Part shown: piece after piece, positions 1 to 12,974 of the stretch
Layout of the letters: each line of letters opens with the position of its first letter
How positions within the stretch are numbered: the stretch's first letter is position 1
Source: Auanema rhodensis
Taxonomy: Eukaryota > Animalia > Nematoda
DNA: 64,000 nucleotides
NCBI GenBank assembly: GCA_964057225.1
Contig: OZ059900.1
Span: forward strand, 6,448,001 to 6,512,000
Reading direction: 5' to 3'
Position numbers and translations under genes: made by a program
Notes under the pieces: generated by a model
Told to the model about the DNA's origin: nothing
The model's input: the letters and a program-made list of their open reading frames with translations, nothing else
Database searches by the model: none

Positions 1-506
1 AGCTCAATTTTCAATATGAATTCAAATGTTTACAAAAAGAAAGGAAAAAAGACAATAAATTCTTTTTTCTATAAAATAATCTTGGTTTTTATTACGCAAG
101 GAATAGCACACTGCCAATTTAACGTAATAGCTTTAAAGCCTCTTTTTCACATATTTGATTGTTAATTGAACAGAAATAGAAGAAATGTTTATTCAAACTG
201 GGCAGCATTAGTATGGATTGATAACCACATACGACATGTTCAATGGAAAATATGCAAATAGTATTATGGAAAATAGATGTCATGTATTAATAAATTAAAA
301 ACTTTAAAATAAACAAATTTAAAACCTAATAAGTTTGATTATTAGAAACTATTTAATAGAGATTTGTTAATAAATATGTATAGTTATGTATATATTCAGA
401 AAAATGACCTGTCGAACGCACCCTTTCGTATTCTATCTATAATGTATAGATTTTCGATTAGATACATTTCTAGCATGTTCCAGATGCAACGGAATGGTCA
501 TCGAAA

Positions 507-775
507 TTACAAATCAAGAATATTAAAGGATTCAAAGTAATCCTCGGCTAGATCAAATCCGGTGTTGAAGATAGCATCGGTGAATATATCCAAAATGTTT
601 TCCTGGGTTAACTCCATGCCCTTTTCCTGTAGGAAATTAGCAAAGTTAGTCATGTCGATATCCTCGAGATCTTCGCTGAGTGGATCATCCATAAAAAGAT
701 TTTTGTCTGTAAGCATGTCGAAGAAGACTTTGAATTCTTCAGAAGTCATAGACCAGAATAGAATATTCCTAAGTG
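507..775 (-). CDS. Small acidic orphan protein, terminal exon (5' end uncertain)
   Basis: 80-aa ORF 507-749 preceded in frame by LRNILFWS and a TTTCAG acceptor at 776-781; faint EF-hand-like helical pattern (EEFKVFFDML...IDMTNFANFLQEKGMELTQENILDIF). Confidence 0.5.
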
Positions 776-2799
776 CTGAAATATATTTATTAATTTCGCA
801 AATTTCAAAGGCATCTTTTAACTAATTGACACTCGCATCTTGTAGAATTGATCCCTAAACTTGCTTTGGGACGGTTCTCTTAAAAAAAGAAGTAATAATT
901 GTTATTATAGGAACTAAAAAAAATTGGATTATATACACAATGAAAAAAGAAAAAATAGAAATTAATAGTCTTTTCAGATCTGCATTCAATTCTTGGTAGT
1001 ACTAGCATTTCAGACAATGGGCGCAGATGATAAGAGATAAGAAAATAAACCGAATGCACTTTGTCTATGTTATATTAAATGTAAAAATGTAATTGAATGA
1101 TCATTTGTCAAAAGACATCAAAACTAAACTGTTCCTTTCAACAAAAATTTGTTTAAACTTCGAACTGAGTATGTCAAGTATGAATCATGCTAATTCTTTG
1201 AAAATAAATATATTTTTAAAATTATGGGAACAAACGAGTGTTATCCAATTTTTTAAATTTTAGATATCATAAGAAAATTTAGGTTTGTATCGTTACAAAG
1301 GAGAATGTGAAAAGCGAACAGCAACAGCGGTAAACGGCTTGAATGAAATGAAGTTGGGATGCTGTAGTGCCGGAGGCAATTCTTCTGCTGACGCAAATAT
1401 AAAATTATTTGTAATCCGGATGAGCAGAAAATACCGGAACAGTAAATGATTTAATATATTTAGCGGAAAAACGTTCAATGAAAAATGAGTTCGAATAATG
1501 AAAAAGTGAGCATGTTCTCATATAGAGAGAGAGAAAATACTGCCTAGATACATATATCTACTTCAAAAGCAATATGAGGGTTATAAGTATTAATCTGTTG
1601 CTGTTAAGCATTTGCGAAATATTCGAGTAGAGATCATCTCAAAAATTATTATGAAATAAGCAAAAACAAGGTCTAACATGACAAAGAAGAACTCTGATTC
1701 CTGCTAATGTCATCCTTGAATTAGCATTCCAATAAGATAGAAAGAATAGGATTCAATGGTGGGCTGAGATTTTTTTCACATCCCTTTTGGCTATTCGCCA
1801 TTTTAAGAGCATTTTTCCTAGAAAATGGAAAAAAACGAGCGCTTTAAGCTTTCCTCACATGTGGGCTCTTTTTTATTGCCATTGTTTCGTGACCAAAAAT
1901 GACTGCTGAGATAATGCAGGCATCAAACACATTTTTTATTCAAAAATTGAATAAAAGGAAAGCAAATTCAACAGCAGAAAAAAATGTGAAAAGGCAAAAC
2001 GCATTAAGAGCGAATAATAAAAATTAAATGAAATAGTATGCTTATGTTTTAAACATAACACGATTTTCTTTATATATTCATTACGATGAGCATTGAAATA
2101 ATGAGATGTAAATTTGACCAATTAGTTATAAAATGAGTATCTAAACGTGAATCGATGCTTTCTGAAAATTGCTTAGACTCGCTCAACATATATTCATTCA
2201 ACCGATAATACCTCAAAATGAGCATGCTTCTTGACCAAAATTAGTAAAATTCACTTATCACGTGTATATGTGTATATGTTGTGAAAATAGCATTATTTTC
2301 TCGTCGTTTGAAGATGACTGAACGTGAGCAAAATTAGGTTTCGGGTAATTGCATTTTAAAAGAGATATGTAAAGAAATAAAGAGAAGAGTTTTGAATTTA
2401 TCGTATTCCAATTTGCTTCATCAGATAGTTGTTCAGACATCGTGATTTCCTGCTCGGTTAGTTTTTTGTCTTCCTTATTGTCTGTTACTTCATCATAAAA
2501 GTACATAAAATGTAATAAAAAATCTCAATCAAGAGCTTTTTTTGTTTATTTCATTTAGGATAAACTAATAGACTTTTGAAGATAAGATTTAAACTATTAC
2601 AATTCAACGATAACATAGACGAATGTAATATTTAGCCAGATAACAGGAGTATCATTCTTATCATCTTCAATAGAAAATAAAAATAAAAGACATTTTCTGA
2701 ATAAAAATCGATGACATGTAGCAAGCGAAAACTTTGTTTATGTATAGTTATAAGTACAGATAACATTTCATAATAGGATATCTAATACTAACCATCTAT

Positions 2800-3328
2800 C
2801 TACTTTGGCTTTCTTGTCATTCGTACGTAGTTTTTGGGTTTTTTGAACACAACGTCTGTGGCAGTGGTGGAAAGATTAAGTGAATTTGGACGTTTACGTG
2901 GGGTAGATGATTTTTTTGAAGCATTAACAGGCGCTGCACTTAATTGGCACAAGCTTAAAGCAGCCTCTTTTTCCTCCACTTTATAAGTAAACTTTGTATT
3001 ACTATCCGTAGGACCATTTAAATCAGGAAGTATATCAGGCACAATATGATTTGACATTTCCTAAAAAAAAGTATGAATAACTCGAAATTTTAAGAGTAAT
3101 AATTACCGGATTGGATTTATTAACTTTTTTCATCAAATTTTTATTAGAAATTGCTGACGGAACAGTAATTTCCTTTTCCTGAGCAGCAATTTTTTGCTGA
3201 TGAAAAGAAGCAATGTTCTGAAAAAAGTATAATGATTTACCAAACGAATTAATAGGGGAGACCTGAACGTGCTGCTGAATGAGCTGAGTATAATTTACAA
3301 ATAGAGGAGAAGTGAAGATAGAATCCAT
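2800..3328 (-). CDS. Orphan ~145-aa disordered, basic-tailed protein (3 exons)
   Basis: ATG 3328 follows a TTTTCAG acceptor (3371-3377) and an in-frame upstream stop; GT-AG introns 3218-3262 (45 nt) and 3061-3106 (46 nt) join the ORFs; stop at 2800. Confidence 0.65.
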
Positions 3329-5304
3329 GATGCCAATTCTGTTTCACTCTTTAGTTTGTATGTTATTTGGCTGAAAAGACAAGTGAAATTCAATAAGAAA
3401 GCGAAACAAAAGTTCCATTCAGAAGACATATGAAGCAACATTGCGACGTAAAATTATAAATAAATGGCAGATTCGCTACTTGTTTTACTATTTTTTTCTT
3501 TTTATATGAAAATTGAAAAAAATATGTATAAAGTAGACTTTATAAATGAAAACATAAATTATGGATACACAATAGTGTGCTGTAAACATAACTGGGTTGA
3601 ATTTTATTTGTTTGATGCATATTAGTAAAAGGTTTTATATATTATATTTTAGGTTATAAGTTGTTATGATATCAATAAAAAATAATGCTTTGAACAACGT
3701 AAAACATTCAACTAACAAAGGTAATTTGTCAGAATATAAACAACAATACTCAGCGTTTTCGCAGGTCAGTATTGATTGGGCCAAATGTTGTGGCAAAATG
3801 AGAGAAGATTCGGCTTTTCATATGATCATTTAGAAATGGCCCAAGTTCAGCGAGTGTATGTGTGCATGTCAGCAAGATAGACGTAAAAAAGGCGAGAATT
3901 GCTAGAGACAAGACAATGACTAGAGATTATGAGCATGAGAGCGAGCGTGCTTGCTGTTGTTTGGTCTAAGAGTGGACAGATGCACAAAGTAGAGCAGTAA
4001 GAAAGGAAGTCATGAGAAGGCTAAAGGTCTCTGAGGGATTAAATGCAGCTGGCAGTTCTAGGTAATTGAAAAGCAAAAAAAGATTTTCTCTTCTTATGCG
4101 GATAAGTATCAAATATTCTTATTAGACTATTATTAAAGAAAGAAAAAAGAAGAATTGAGAATAAAAGATTGAATATATATCTGAGATGAAATAGTAAGTT
4201 GCATTCAATTTGAGTATCTTGCAAGTAGTATTATGTACATACTATACAAAATATGCTAATATCAAAGAGAAAATTCTAATTAATCTCAGTTATGCTATTT
4301 CTGGAAGAAACTTCAAGAATTGTGTTATACGATTACAAAGAAGCGGATGATGAAACACACAGTAGGATTGCAGAGACATTTCGAGATAGATGCTGTTGAC
4401 TGCATACGGACACAAGAAAATCAAACTACGAAAGTCTGCCATTGAGCCGAGAAACAGACTTGAAAGCCTTTCAGACGTAAATTGAAAATTTGATTAGGAG
4501 AACGAATGTTATATCCTCTTGATCGAAATTGCTGCCAACATGCATAATTAGCTTGCTTGTACATCATTCTCTTAATTTATCCAGTTCACTCGAATCGTTG
4601 AACTGGAGATATGATGGTTAACAAAGAAAATACGGAAATAGAAATTTTTATTGAATATGCTCTAAAAGTAAATTATAGAAAAAAGATGTTAAAGAGAGAG
4701 AGATAGGGAAGTGAGTGAAAAAGAGAAAAATGGGCTAGATACTAGATGCAGAAATGAAGAGTAATGTTAAAAAAATATGCTTGAAAGTAATAAGACATAT
4801 AAAGAACATGGCGCAAATTACAACTAGAATTTGGTTTAGTGTTTTTAACTTTTTCTTATTTCGGTTACACTAGTCGCGTAGTGTGGTTGGAATCCGATCT
4901 GTTAATTTAATCGTGGGGGGTCTATGAATCAATACATACATGAATTAATGTGCAATCACAGCGCTTGATCGATTATAATCAAGAAAAAGGTTGAAACGTA
5001 AGCAAAGCTGTAGAACTTAGAACGAATAAGAAAATAATGATGTACAGAGAAAATGATTATGAATAAAACAAAAATTAATAAATAAGTAAGTTAAGTAGAT
5101 ATATATATAGTGTTAATAAGATCAATATTATATCATATAATATACACTTATATAGTACATACACAAATTATATCTAAATAACAGAGTATCAAGTTGGATA
5201 AGTTGCAAATAAAAGCATTTCTATGCGTATATATAATGCAAACATATATACAATCCTAACTATACATGCAGTTGAAAGCGGGACGGAATGCATTCAGATA
5301 TTTT

Positions 5305-6032
5305 CTAAACTCTTTGGCGCTTATTTTGGAAAGAGGATGAATCAGCTCTGCCGCGTTTACGATGACGCTTGACCTCATCTGTTAAGAACTCATTCAGATT
5401 CTCTTGCAGTTCCGTTGACTCGGATGTGGCCAAAGCCTAAATAGCATAATTTCTTGATTAGTATTGCTCTCATTATAGTTTTTTAGTCAACCTCTTGGAA
5501 CAAATGAATGGATTTGGGGTCGTTTCCTTCCTCAACGGGACTTATACATCCATTGTTTTCAAGAGATGATCGAGGAGAAAGCTCTTCAGGGAGATCTTCA
5601 ATCTGATTTCCATCCATTACTGTATTAAGTACCTTCATTACTGAAGCCAAGCTTATATCTGGATTCTGACGTATATGCTCACATAAATCCTTAAAACATA
5701 ATTTTGAAAATGAATAGAATATGGATGTTTACTTTAGCTAATTTAAAACGACCATCATCGATGCCTAATGAGTAACTTTCTTCATAGTACTTTACGGCAT
5801 TCTGAAAGATGGTCAACATTTGATTAGATTACATGCTAGGCATAAAACCTTATAAAAGAGTGTAGTATTCTTTGCTGCCATTTTGAAGCATTGCCATGAT
5901 GGATCACGATGAAGTTGAACAGTGGACTCAGCACAAGTCTGAACAATACTTCTCAAATTAACGACATTCTCTCATTCATCAATTTACTTGAAAGTCTTTC
6001 CATAGGGAGGCATGATCTTTATTGTTAGCCAT
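5305..6032 (-). CDS. HAPSTR1: HAPSTR1/C16orf72 (HUWE1-associated stress protein) orthologue, ~177 aa
   Basis: Exons 5988-6032, 5849-5938, 5733-5801, 5492-5689, 5305-5436 splice in frame: LWKDFQTCAESTVQLHR..WQCFKMAAKNTTLFYK..YSLGIDDG..LFQEAL..LNEFLTDEVKRH..KRQRV, matching the recalled HAPSTR1 double W-x-x-F helix and C-terminal LNxF..KR.R motifs; missed by ORF track. Confidence 0.8.
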
Positions 6033-8312
6033 AATAATATTCAGAGTCTAACCTCAGATGAGAATCTTTAAACAAGAAGTACATATCTACTTGGAAAGCC
6101 AAAAAATGAGTTACGTTTGAGAATAATATAAAAATGCTGCTGAATTAAAAAAGTTTTACAATAACAAAGAACTTCATAAGTAAAATAACAGCCCAGAAAC
6201 CGCTAACAGGAAAAAACGAATAATCGCTCTTCCTTGATGGTTAAGCCCACGCTGCATGACACATTCTTTTTTTTGTAACACATTTCTCATGATTTTTGTT
6301 AGAACGGCATGGATTTCAGCGTATCTATGCTCTCTTACATTAAAACGTTTAGTGATGTATGTATCAGAATATCTTTACGAATTTGAAGAAAAATAGAAAA
6401 AAATGTCGAAAAAAAAAATAATGTAAATCATTGTATATATCAACAGAACAATCTTCTCGAAAAAACGTTTCAATGTCCGATAGATTAAAACCGATGCTGT
6501 TTTGAATCTCAAACAACCAATATATCAATGTGTGTATATATACATATTAAACTTTTCAGGGGAAACAAAAAACATTTGCAGATGAATGTGCCAATCTTTT
6601 GTCTTAGATAACAAATGTCACATATCTAGTGTTTAGTAGACATATACAGATAAATAGGATAGTCAATACGAAGTAATCGATTGTCTTGTGTAACGGAAGA
6701 CTAAACTATATATTTGATGGAAAAATCAGTTAAAATCACAAATAGCCAGAAATTCAGAAAAAAATGTATTTCTGGAGCAGTTAAGACATGAAAGTAAAGA
6801 CGAGAAATCTATTATAATGATAAGATGAAAAAAATTTTGAACTATTCTAAATAGGTATAAATTATGAAAAGCTAACAAGAATGAATAGATGATGAGCAAT
6901 ATGATTGGGCACAATGACAATTGATATATAAAATAGAAGCAATTTGGAATATCTATGCTCTCCTTCTCAGAGAGAACAAATTAAAAATGAGTTGTAAAGA
7001 TTTGTATTGATATATGAAGAACACTCGAAGATATATATTTATAAATTTATTATACATTTGCATTTATGAAATAAACCATTTTTTTTTGTCTTGAAACATT
7101 AATTTAACAGGTAGTATAAACCTATTTAAATCAAGAAATTGTTCGTTAATTGTTAAGTAGATGATTAAAATAAGTTTAAGTGAATGTCCTTTTCCGCTAA
7201 ACTTTTAAATCTTCCCAATTTTTTCATTTCAAAATAAATGAGATAAAGTGAGAACATTGACCTAATCGTGTGAATGATAAAATTTATTTCGACCAAAACT
7301 AGCTCTGTTTAGATAAAACGAGATTTTCGGTATCTTGAACTGGCTTTTAAATGAAAAGGATTATAATGCTCCAGCAATACCAGAGACAAACATATGGCAC
7401 ATAATACATATTATTTTAATTATATATCATTAGCATTTATTGAAAGAGAAATTAAACAAGTCCGCATATAGATGAAAAATAATTGCGGACGGGTGAGAGT
7501 TCACTGATTAATTTCTATAAATTTAGAATAATCGTTATATTTTTATCAGAAACTTAACGAGAAAAAAAGCGCATGAGTTGAACATATTCGCGAAAATGAC
7601 ACATAAATCAGAAATAATATGAAAAAAGACTTTAAACTTCGGTTTCACTTAAATCGAACAATTAAATATGATATGATATATCATTTTTGTTTTTTCTCAG
7701 TGTTTAAGAATATAAAAAGAGTTCAGTGACCAATTAGGAAATGAATTGTCCAACTAAAAAGTCGGGTGAACATTTCCTTTTAATCATTACTGGCATCAAT
7801 GCACTATTTAGTATTTAAAATAAAATAATGAAATTAATGCATATGAAATCTAAACGAGAGAAAAAGAATCAATGAACAATTTAAGAAAAACCTTGAGTAG
7901 TGCAGAGCGGTCAAAATTCATAACCGCGAGCTAAAACTTTCTCGACGGCTTCATTAATGAAAACTATGTATCAGGAACAAAAAAACTTTGAGCAGGCAAC
8001 AAGACATCATCAGAAGAAATAGAACTACACTAGAATGAAGAACATCATTCAATTCAGCATTAGAATCTATCTATCACAATTACTCTATTAGACAAATATT
8101 AAAAAAACAAGAATATACATATTTTTCAATTAATAATCAACAAAAAACTAAATTTAGAAAAGAAAGTAAAAATAAATTACAAAAGCAGGATAATCTTCAA
8201 GAACTGCAAATCATTTCTAGAATAATTCACCACAAGGAAAAATGAGAGATGTGATAGATGCAGAAAAAATGGAAATGTGATGGAGTTTCTCGATCCAATA
8301 ATCTGAATCTAA

Positions 8313-8342
8313 TAGAGCACTACATTCCTTTGTAGTGCTCTA
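8313..8342. repeat. Perfect 12-bp inverted repeat, 6-nt loop
   Basis: TAGAGCACTACA-TTCCTT-TGTAGTGCTCTA. Confidence 0.9.
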
Positions 8343-9521
8343 CATGCTATGGAAGGGTAAAGAGCTTTAAGGATGACAGAAAGTGTGAAGGGTAAATGAT
8401 TGCAGTAAGAAATAGACAAGCCTATATAGATTTTTTGTCATGCTTTGCCCAATGAGAGCATATCAAGCATAGATACGTACATTTAGGCTTTACAATTAAA
8501 TTAGGGTTATACTAAGTCCGCTATAAGGTAAAGCAGAATAATGTTATTATTAGGCAATGTGAGCTGTATTAGAGAGCAATTAAAGAGTTTCCCATATAAG
8601 AACAATTATCAGAAGTAATATCTGCAAAGAAATCAGTAGTATGTATACGCATATTTAATTTGGACTTTATGATTATGAAATCAAAAACTAATTCTTCTTC
8701 AGTTCTAGTTATTTAAAATATAATTATTTAAGAAGATAAAATAATTGATCATATGCATTTAGTTTTGCCTTTTGGTTTTATTTCAGTGTGATTTCTTATC
8801 ATTAACTACCACTCAATGATCAGCAAACGTTATAACGTAGTCAGCCATAAATGGCATTCTCAATTATTTTATCAATGCTTAATTGAAATGAAGAAGATAC
8901 GGCGGGAGAAGAAATAGCTGATTTTTAGATTAAGTAAGTAAAGATCTCAGAAACATAATCATATATTTGAGCTGCATATACAAAGATATTCAAATTCAGT
9001 GAAAAGAAAATTGGCTAAAAACTTGAGCAGCCCAGTGGGAATCGCCAATCGCTACATTGAAAAAACAAACAAAATGAGGTATTGTAAAGACATTTTGATG
9101 AAAATGAAGAAAATAAAGCAAAGAGTACGAGTATCAATAATTGATAATAAAATACGATTACAATTCACAATTAATAATAACTCGAAGAACTCATTTTGTT
9201 TATTTTAGATCATATTTTTTTTTAATTTCGCGCGTTATAAAGTGAACTCACTGTCGTGTTACGAAAAATGACGTCCGCATTAATCAGTTCATTAACAACT
9301 ATATGAAAGTTCAAATAATACTATTATATAATATTTAATTAGTCTATTGTATTAATAAATTATTAATTGTGATAACTGTGTAATATTTATAATTATATTG
9401 TACTTCATCACACAGGCTCTGAAGTAATTATATAAGCATCTACGTGTATTACAATATCTTCATGAATGTGAATGTGATATATACTTATATCAAAGTGTAG
9501 TAGATATAATATAGTAATACA

Positions 9522-12500
9522 ATGGCACAGGAAGAAGATTTTGCTTTAGTTGATGGTATATCATATAGTTTTTTTCATTTATCATGTAATTTAATAACAA
9601 TTCTTTAGAATTGTTACGTACATTTGCTGATGAAACATCAAATGAAGGAGATGATAAAGGTTTGTTTGATAATTAATTTGTATGCATCCATTTTTGTCTT
9701 TTCTAGAAAAGCTGATTGCACAGTTGCGTATGCATGATATCGATCCTGTATTAGCCGATAACGATAAAGTGGATGACGTGAATCCATATTCTACCAATAG
9801 ACTATTGAGTTTCCAACAAAGTGGTGTGGACATGACATGGGCAATGATTGGTATTGTAGCAGCATCTATCATTTTCTATTTTCGTAGTCCTGGAATGAAT
9901 GCTTTTTCGTCAGTTACTTTTCTTGGAACTATTGATATATAAGAGTTTTAGTTACCTAGCGCATTCTGGTCGTCAATCAGCTAAAACTCCATCATTATTC
10001 ATCAAATCAAATTTAGTGCATGATTATTATATGGGCAATTTAGATTTGGATAGGTTGAGATGGTTTCAACAAGTTAAATATAGATGTTGTCTGTTTTAGC
10101 ATTCACAACGAAGCTGTAATTTCGATCGTTTTGTTGTATTCAACATGGAGCACTGAAAGTATTGAGTATAAGCGAAAATATGAAAATATTGCCAGTAATT
10201 TTGTGAATAAGTCTCATGTAAGTCCGTGTTACTATTATTCAATTAAGTCGAAATTATGATAAAGATGACATTTTTCGCCGTTAACTGTTTCACTCAAAAG
10301 GGATTGTGTCAAGAAAAGTATAAGATTCCTATTTTCCCAATGATTGTTGCTAGCACAGGGAGTGCATTTATGGTCTACAAAGGACCAATTAGGGAAGACC
10401 AGATAAAAAGGTAGTTTTTTCAGTATATTTCTTTAAACTCGACTGTTTAGTTGGATTTCGAATATTGATCATCCCTATCACGTCGCCCATTCATTTGCAG
10501 ACGTCAATGCAATACGCGAAAGATCTGAAAATGTTCTTCTTGGATATTTTAGATTCAAGGTTTTTTAATCAGCATAAAAGTTTTGATCGTATGTATTCCT
10601 AGGATATGAAAACTCCTCCTGGCTTTACGGGTTTTTATAATACAGCCTTGCTGTATAAAAAAGGGTACTTATGTACGACCAATAATTAGAATAAATGTTT
10701 AAATATGGTTTTTACAGCTGATCAAATGCTCACGTTTTGTTTGATTACTGATCAAAGTCTCGCCAGACGTTTTAACATTGATCGCGAAGGCGTTTCTTTC
10801 TTTTTCAATAATGGTAATTATTTAACTTATTCAAGCAATTCTAATAATATTCAGATTTGTTTGTGCAATATCCAAACAATACTATCATACCCAGTCAAAT
10901 ATTAACGTTCATTGAAGCACAGAAAAAAAGATTTCACGGACAGCTCGAGTATTTAGACTTTGGTAAAAAACTTGATGATTTTTAAATCAGTGATTTTTTA
11001 TTTTTAAAGATCGTATAACTCATTTAAAATCTACTCAGTTATCAACACTATTAGATAACAGTGCGCTTGTCATGCTCGTAGATAATCAAGAAACTGAAAT
11101 AGCAGCGCATAATGCCTTGTACTTTGCAAAGGTATTATATCTTTTCTTTATAAAATTGACAAAATGTTTTCATTGATAATACAATTATTAGATTGCAAGT
11201 GATTATTGGAATTGTAATGATGATTACATATCTCCAGTGATACCTGATGAATCTCACTCTATTAAAGGGTTTGGTTGCTCGGTACTGAACAACAAAAGTA
11301 TTGCTCATAAGACCATTATTGAATTCCAGAGTAATAACAGCATGAAGTTCGTACATATGAACGGTCGGGATCATGACTACATTGTTCAAAAGTTAGGGCT
11401 TCTAACAAATGTAAAATTATGAAGTCATAAAAAATAGAATTTTCATTATTTAGAAAGCGAATATAATCATAATCGACCAAGAAATAGAATTCATATCTGT
11501 TCTGAATAATTCATCTATTATGTCAGTTGAAACTTCTAGCATAACTATCGTAATAAAATTATTTTCAGAATAACTGATGTAGTTCGTGAATTTATTCATG
11601 GATATTATAATGGACTGCTTCAAAAAAAAGTTGATATTCTTCCAAATATCGAAAAGTAAGTAGTTGATCTGTTGAAAATTACAAAACCTTTTTCAGTGAT
11701 CGGACACCAAAACTCTCACTTAGTAACAAATATTTGAATCACACCGAACATTTTGTAATTGAGAAAATCAATTCGTCTCATCTACAGAAAATGGTTGATA
11801 TTCGCGAAGTTTTTCTAGCATTATTTGTCAATACTGTTCTATTTAATTCAGAAAAGTGGCAAAGATCGCGTTGTATTCTTATCGGGAGGAAATTATCACG
11901 GGTTTTCTACCGCTGTTTTACCTTATTTCCATGAAGTAGCTCATTACTTTAAGCAGTATTCGTCATACATAACATTTCATATGTTTGGTTTTTATAATAT
12001 TTCAAATTCTAATTTTTCATATAGATTGGATGTATCCCAGAATCAGTTACCATACACATTAGATTTTCCAACACTTCCTGTTATTATCTTCATTCCGTCA
12101 TACAAGTTTGAAGTTATAAATCTGATTATTAATAAAAATTATATTCTAGAAACAACATTGATACGTTCGTTTTTCCAGTCAAGTACGAAATCAGATTCAC
12201 GTCTTTGCTCAATTTCATTCTTTATCATGCATCACCCCAGTTATTTTGGTCTGTTCGGCTTAATCATTGTAGTTCTGATTGTATTTCTCTGTAAGTTTTT
12301 TTTTAACGTCTCAACTTTTCATACCTATTTTCAGAAATGCCTGGCGGCTTAATCGTTTGATTCAAAAGAAACGCTTTGAAATACGTCGTTCATGGTTTTC
12401 TCCATATCTTGCTCAATCTATCCATAAACGGTTTGTTTTTCAATTGTTCTTTACAACATAGTTTTATATTCCAGTGTCACCATTATTCATATTTATAATA

Positions 12501-12625
12501 AGCTGTTGAAATTATTCACACATTCCGGTCAAACAATGACCTCTAGATATGTGAACCGATTTGTTTCCTCTAAATGGTTTTGCGAGCATTCTAATCGCTT
12601 GAAATCATATACAAACATTTATTAG
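9522..12625 (+). CDS. TXNDC11: TXNDC11/EFP1-like ER thioredoxin-fold membrane protein (multi-exon)
   Basis: N-terminal TM (WAMIGIVAASIIFYF), VHDYYMG, LLYSTWSTES, FFAVNCFTQKGLC..FPMI, RLDVSQNQLPYTLDFPTLPVIIFIP; short GT-AG introns; TAG at 12623-12625. Confidence 0.75.
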
Positions 12626-12974
12626 ACGTGTACTGAGTGTATATTTTTTCCTCATATGGGTTTTCAAACGTCTAGTAGTTTTATCATTCCAACGAAGTGT
12701 TTACATGTTTTTGTTTCGGATTAGTCTCATAAAATATTATTTGTTGCTTTTGAGTCACTCTCTTGCTTAACTCGAATGGAATACCAACAACTTTACTAAC
12801 TTAATGAAAAACACAAACAAAATGTGATTTGTTTCGTTAAAATGGGATCAAGAAGCACCCAAGCTCACAGATTGTTTAAAATCATGGAAAGATGGAATGT
12901 ATTATGGTACAATGGCGTCTTATATTCGAAAGAAATTAAAATACATTAAACCAAAAACAGAATTGCACACATAT

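Noticed and set aside
2258-2506. 82-aa minus-strand ORF with acidic start
   Set aside because: No supporting splice chain or homology; may be 3' flank of the 2800-3328 gene
4858-4925. tRNA-Asn-like fragment / GU-rich hairpin
   Set aside because: No T-loop GTTCG or acceptor stem; hairpin depends largely on G-U pairs
5305-12625. HAPSTR1-TXNDC11 adjacency echoing human 16p13
   Set aside because: From memory the human genes are megabases apart; likely coincidence
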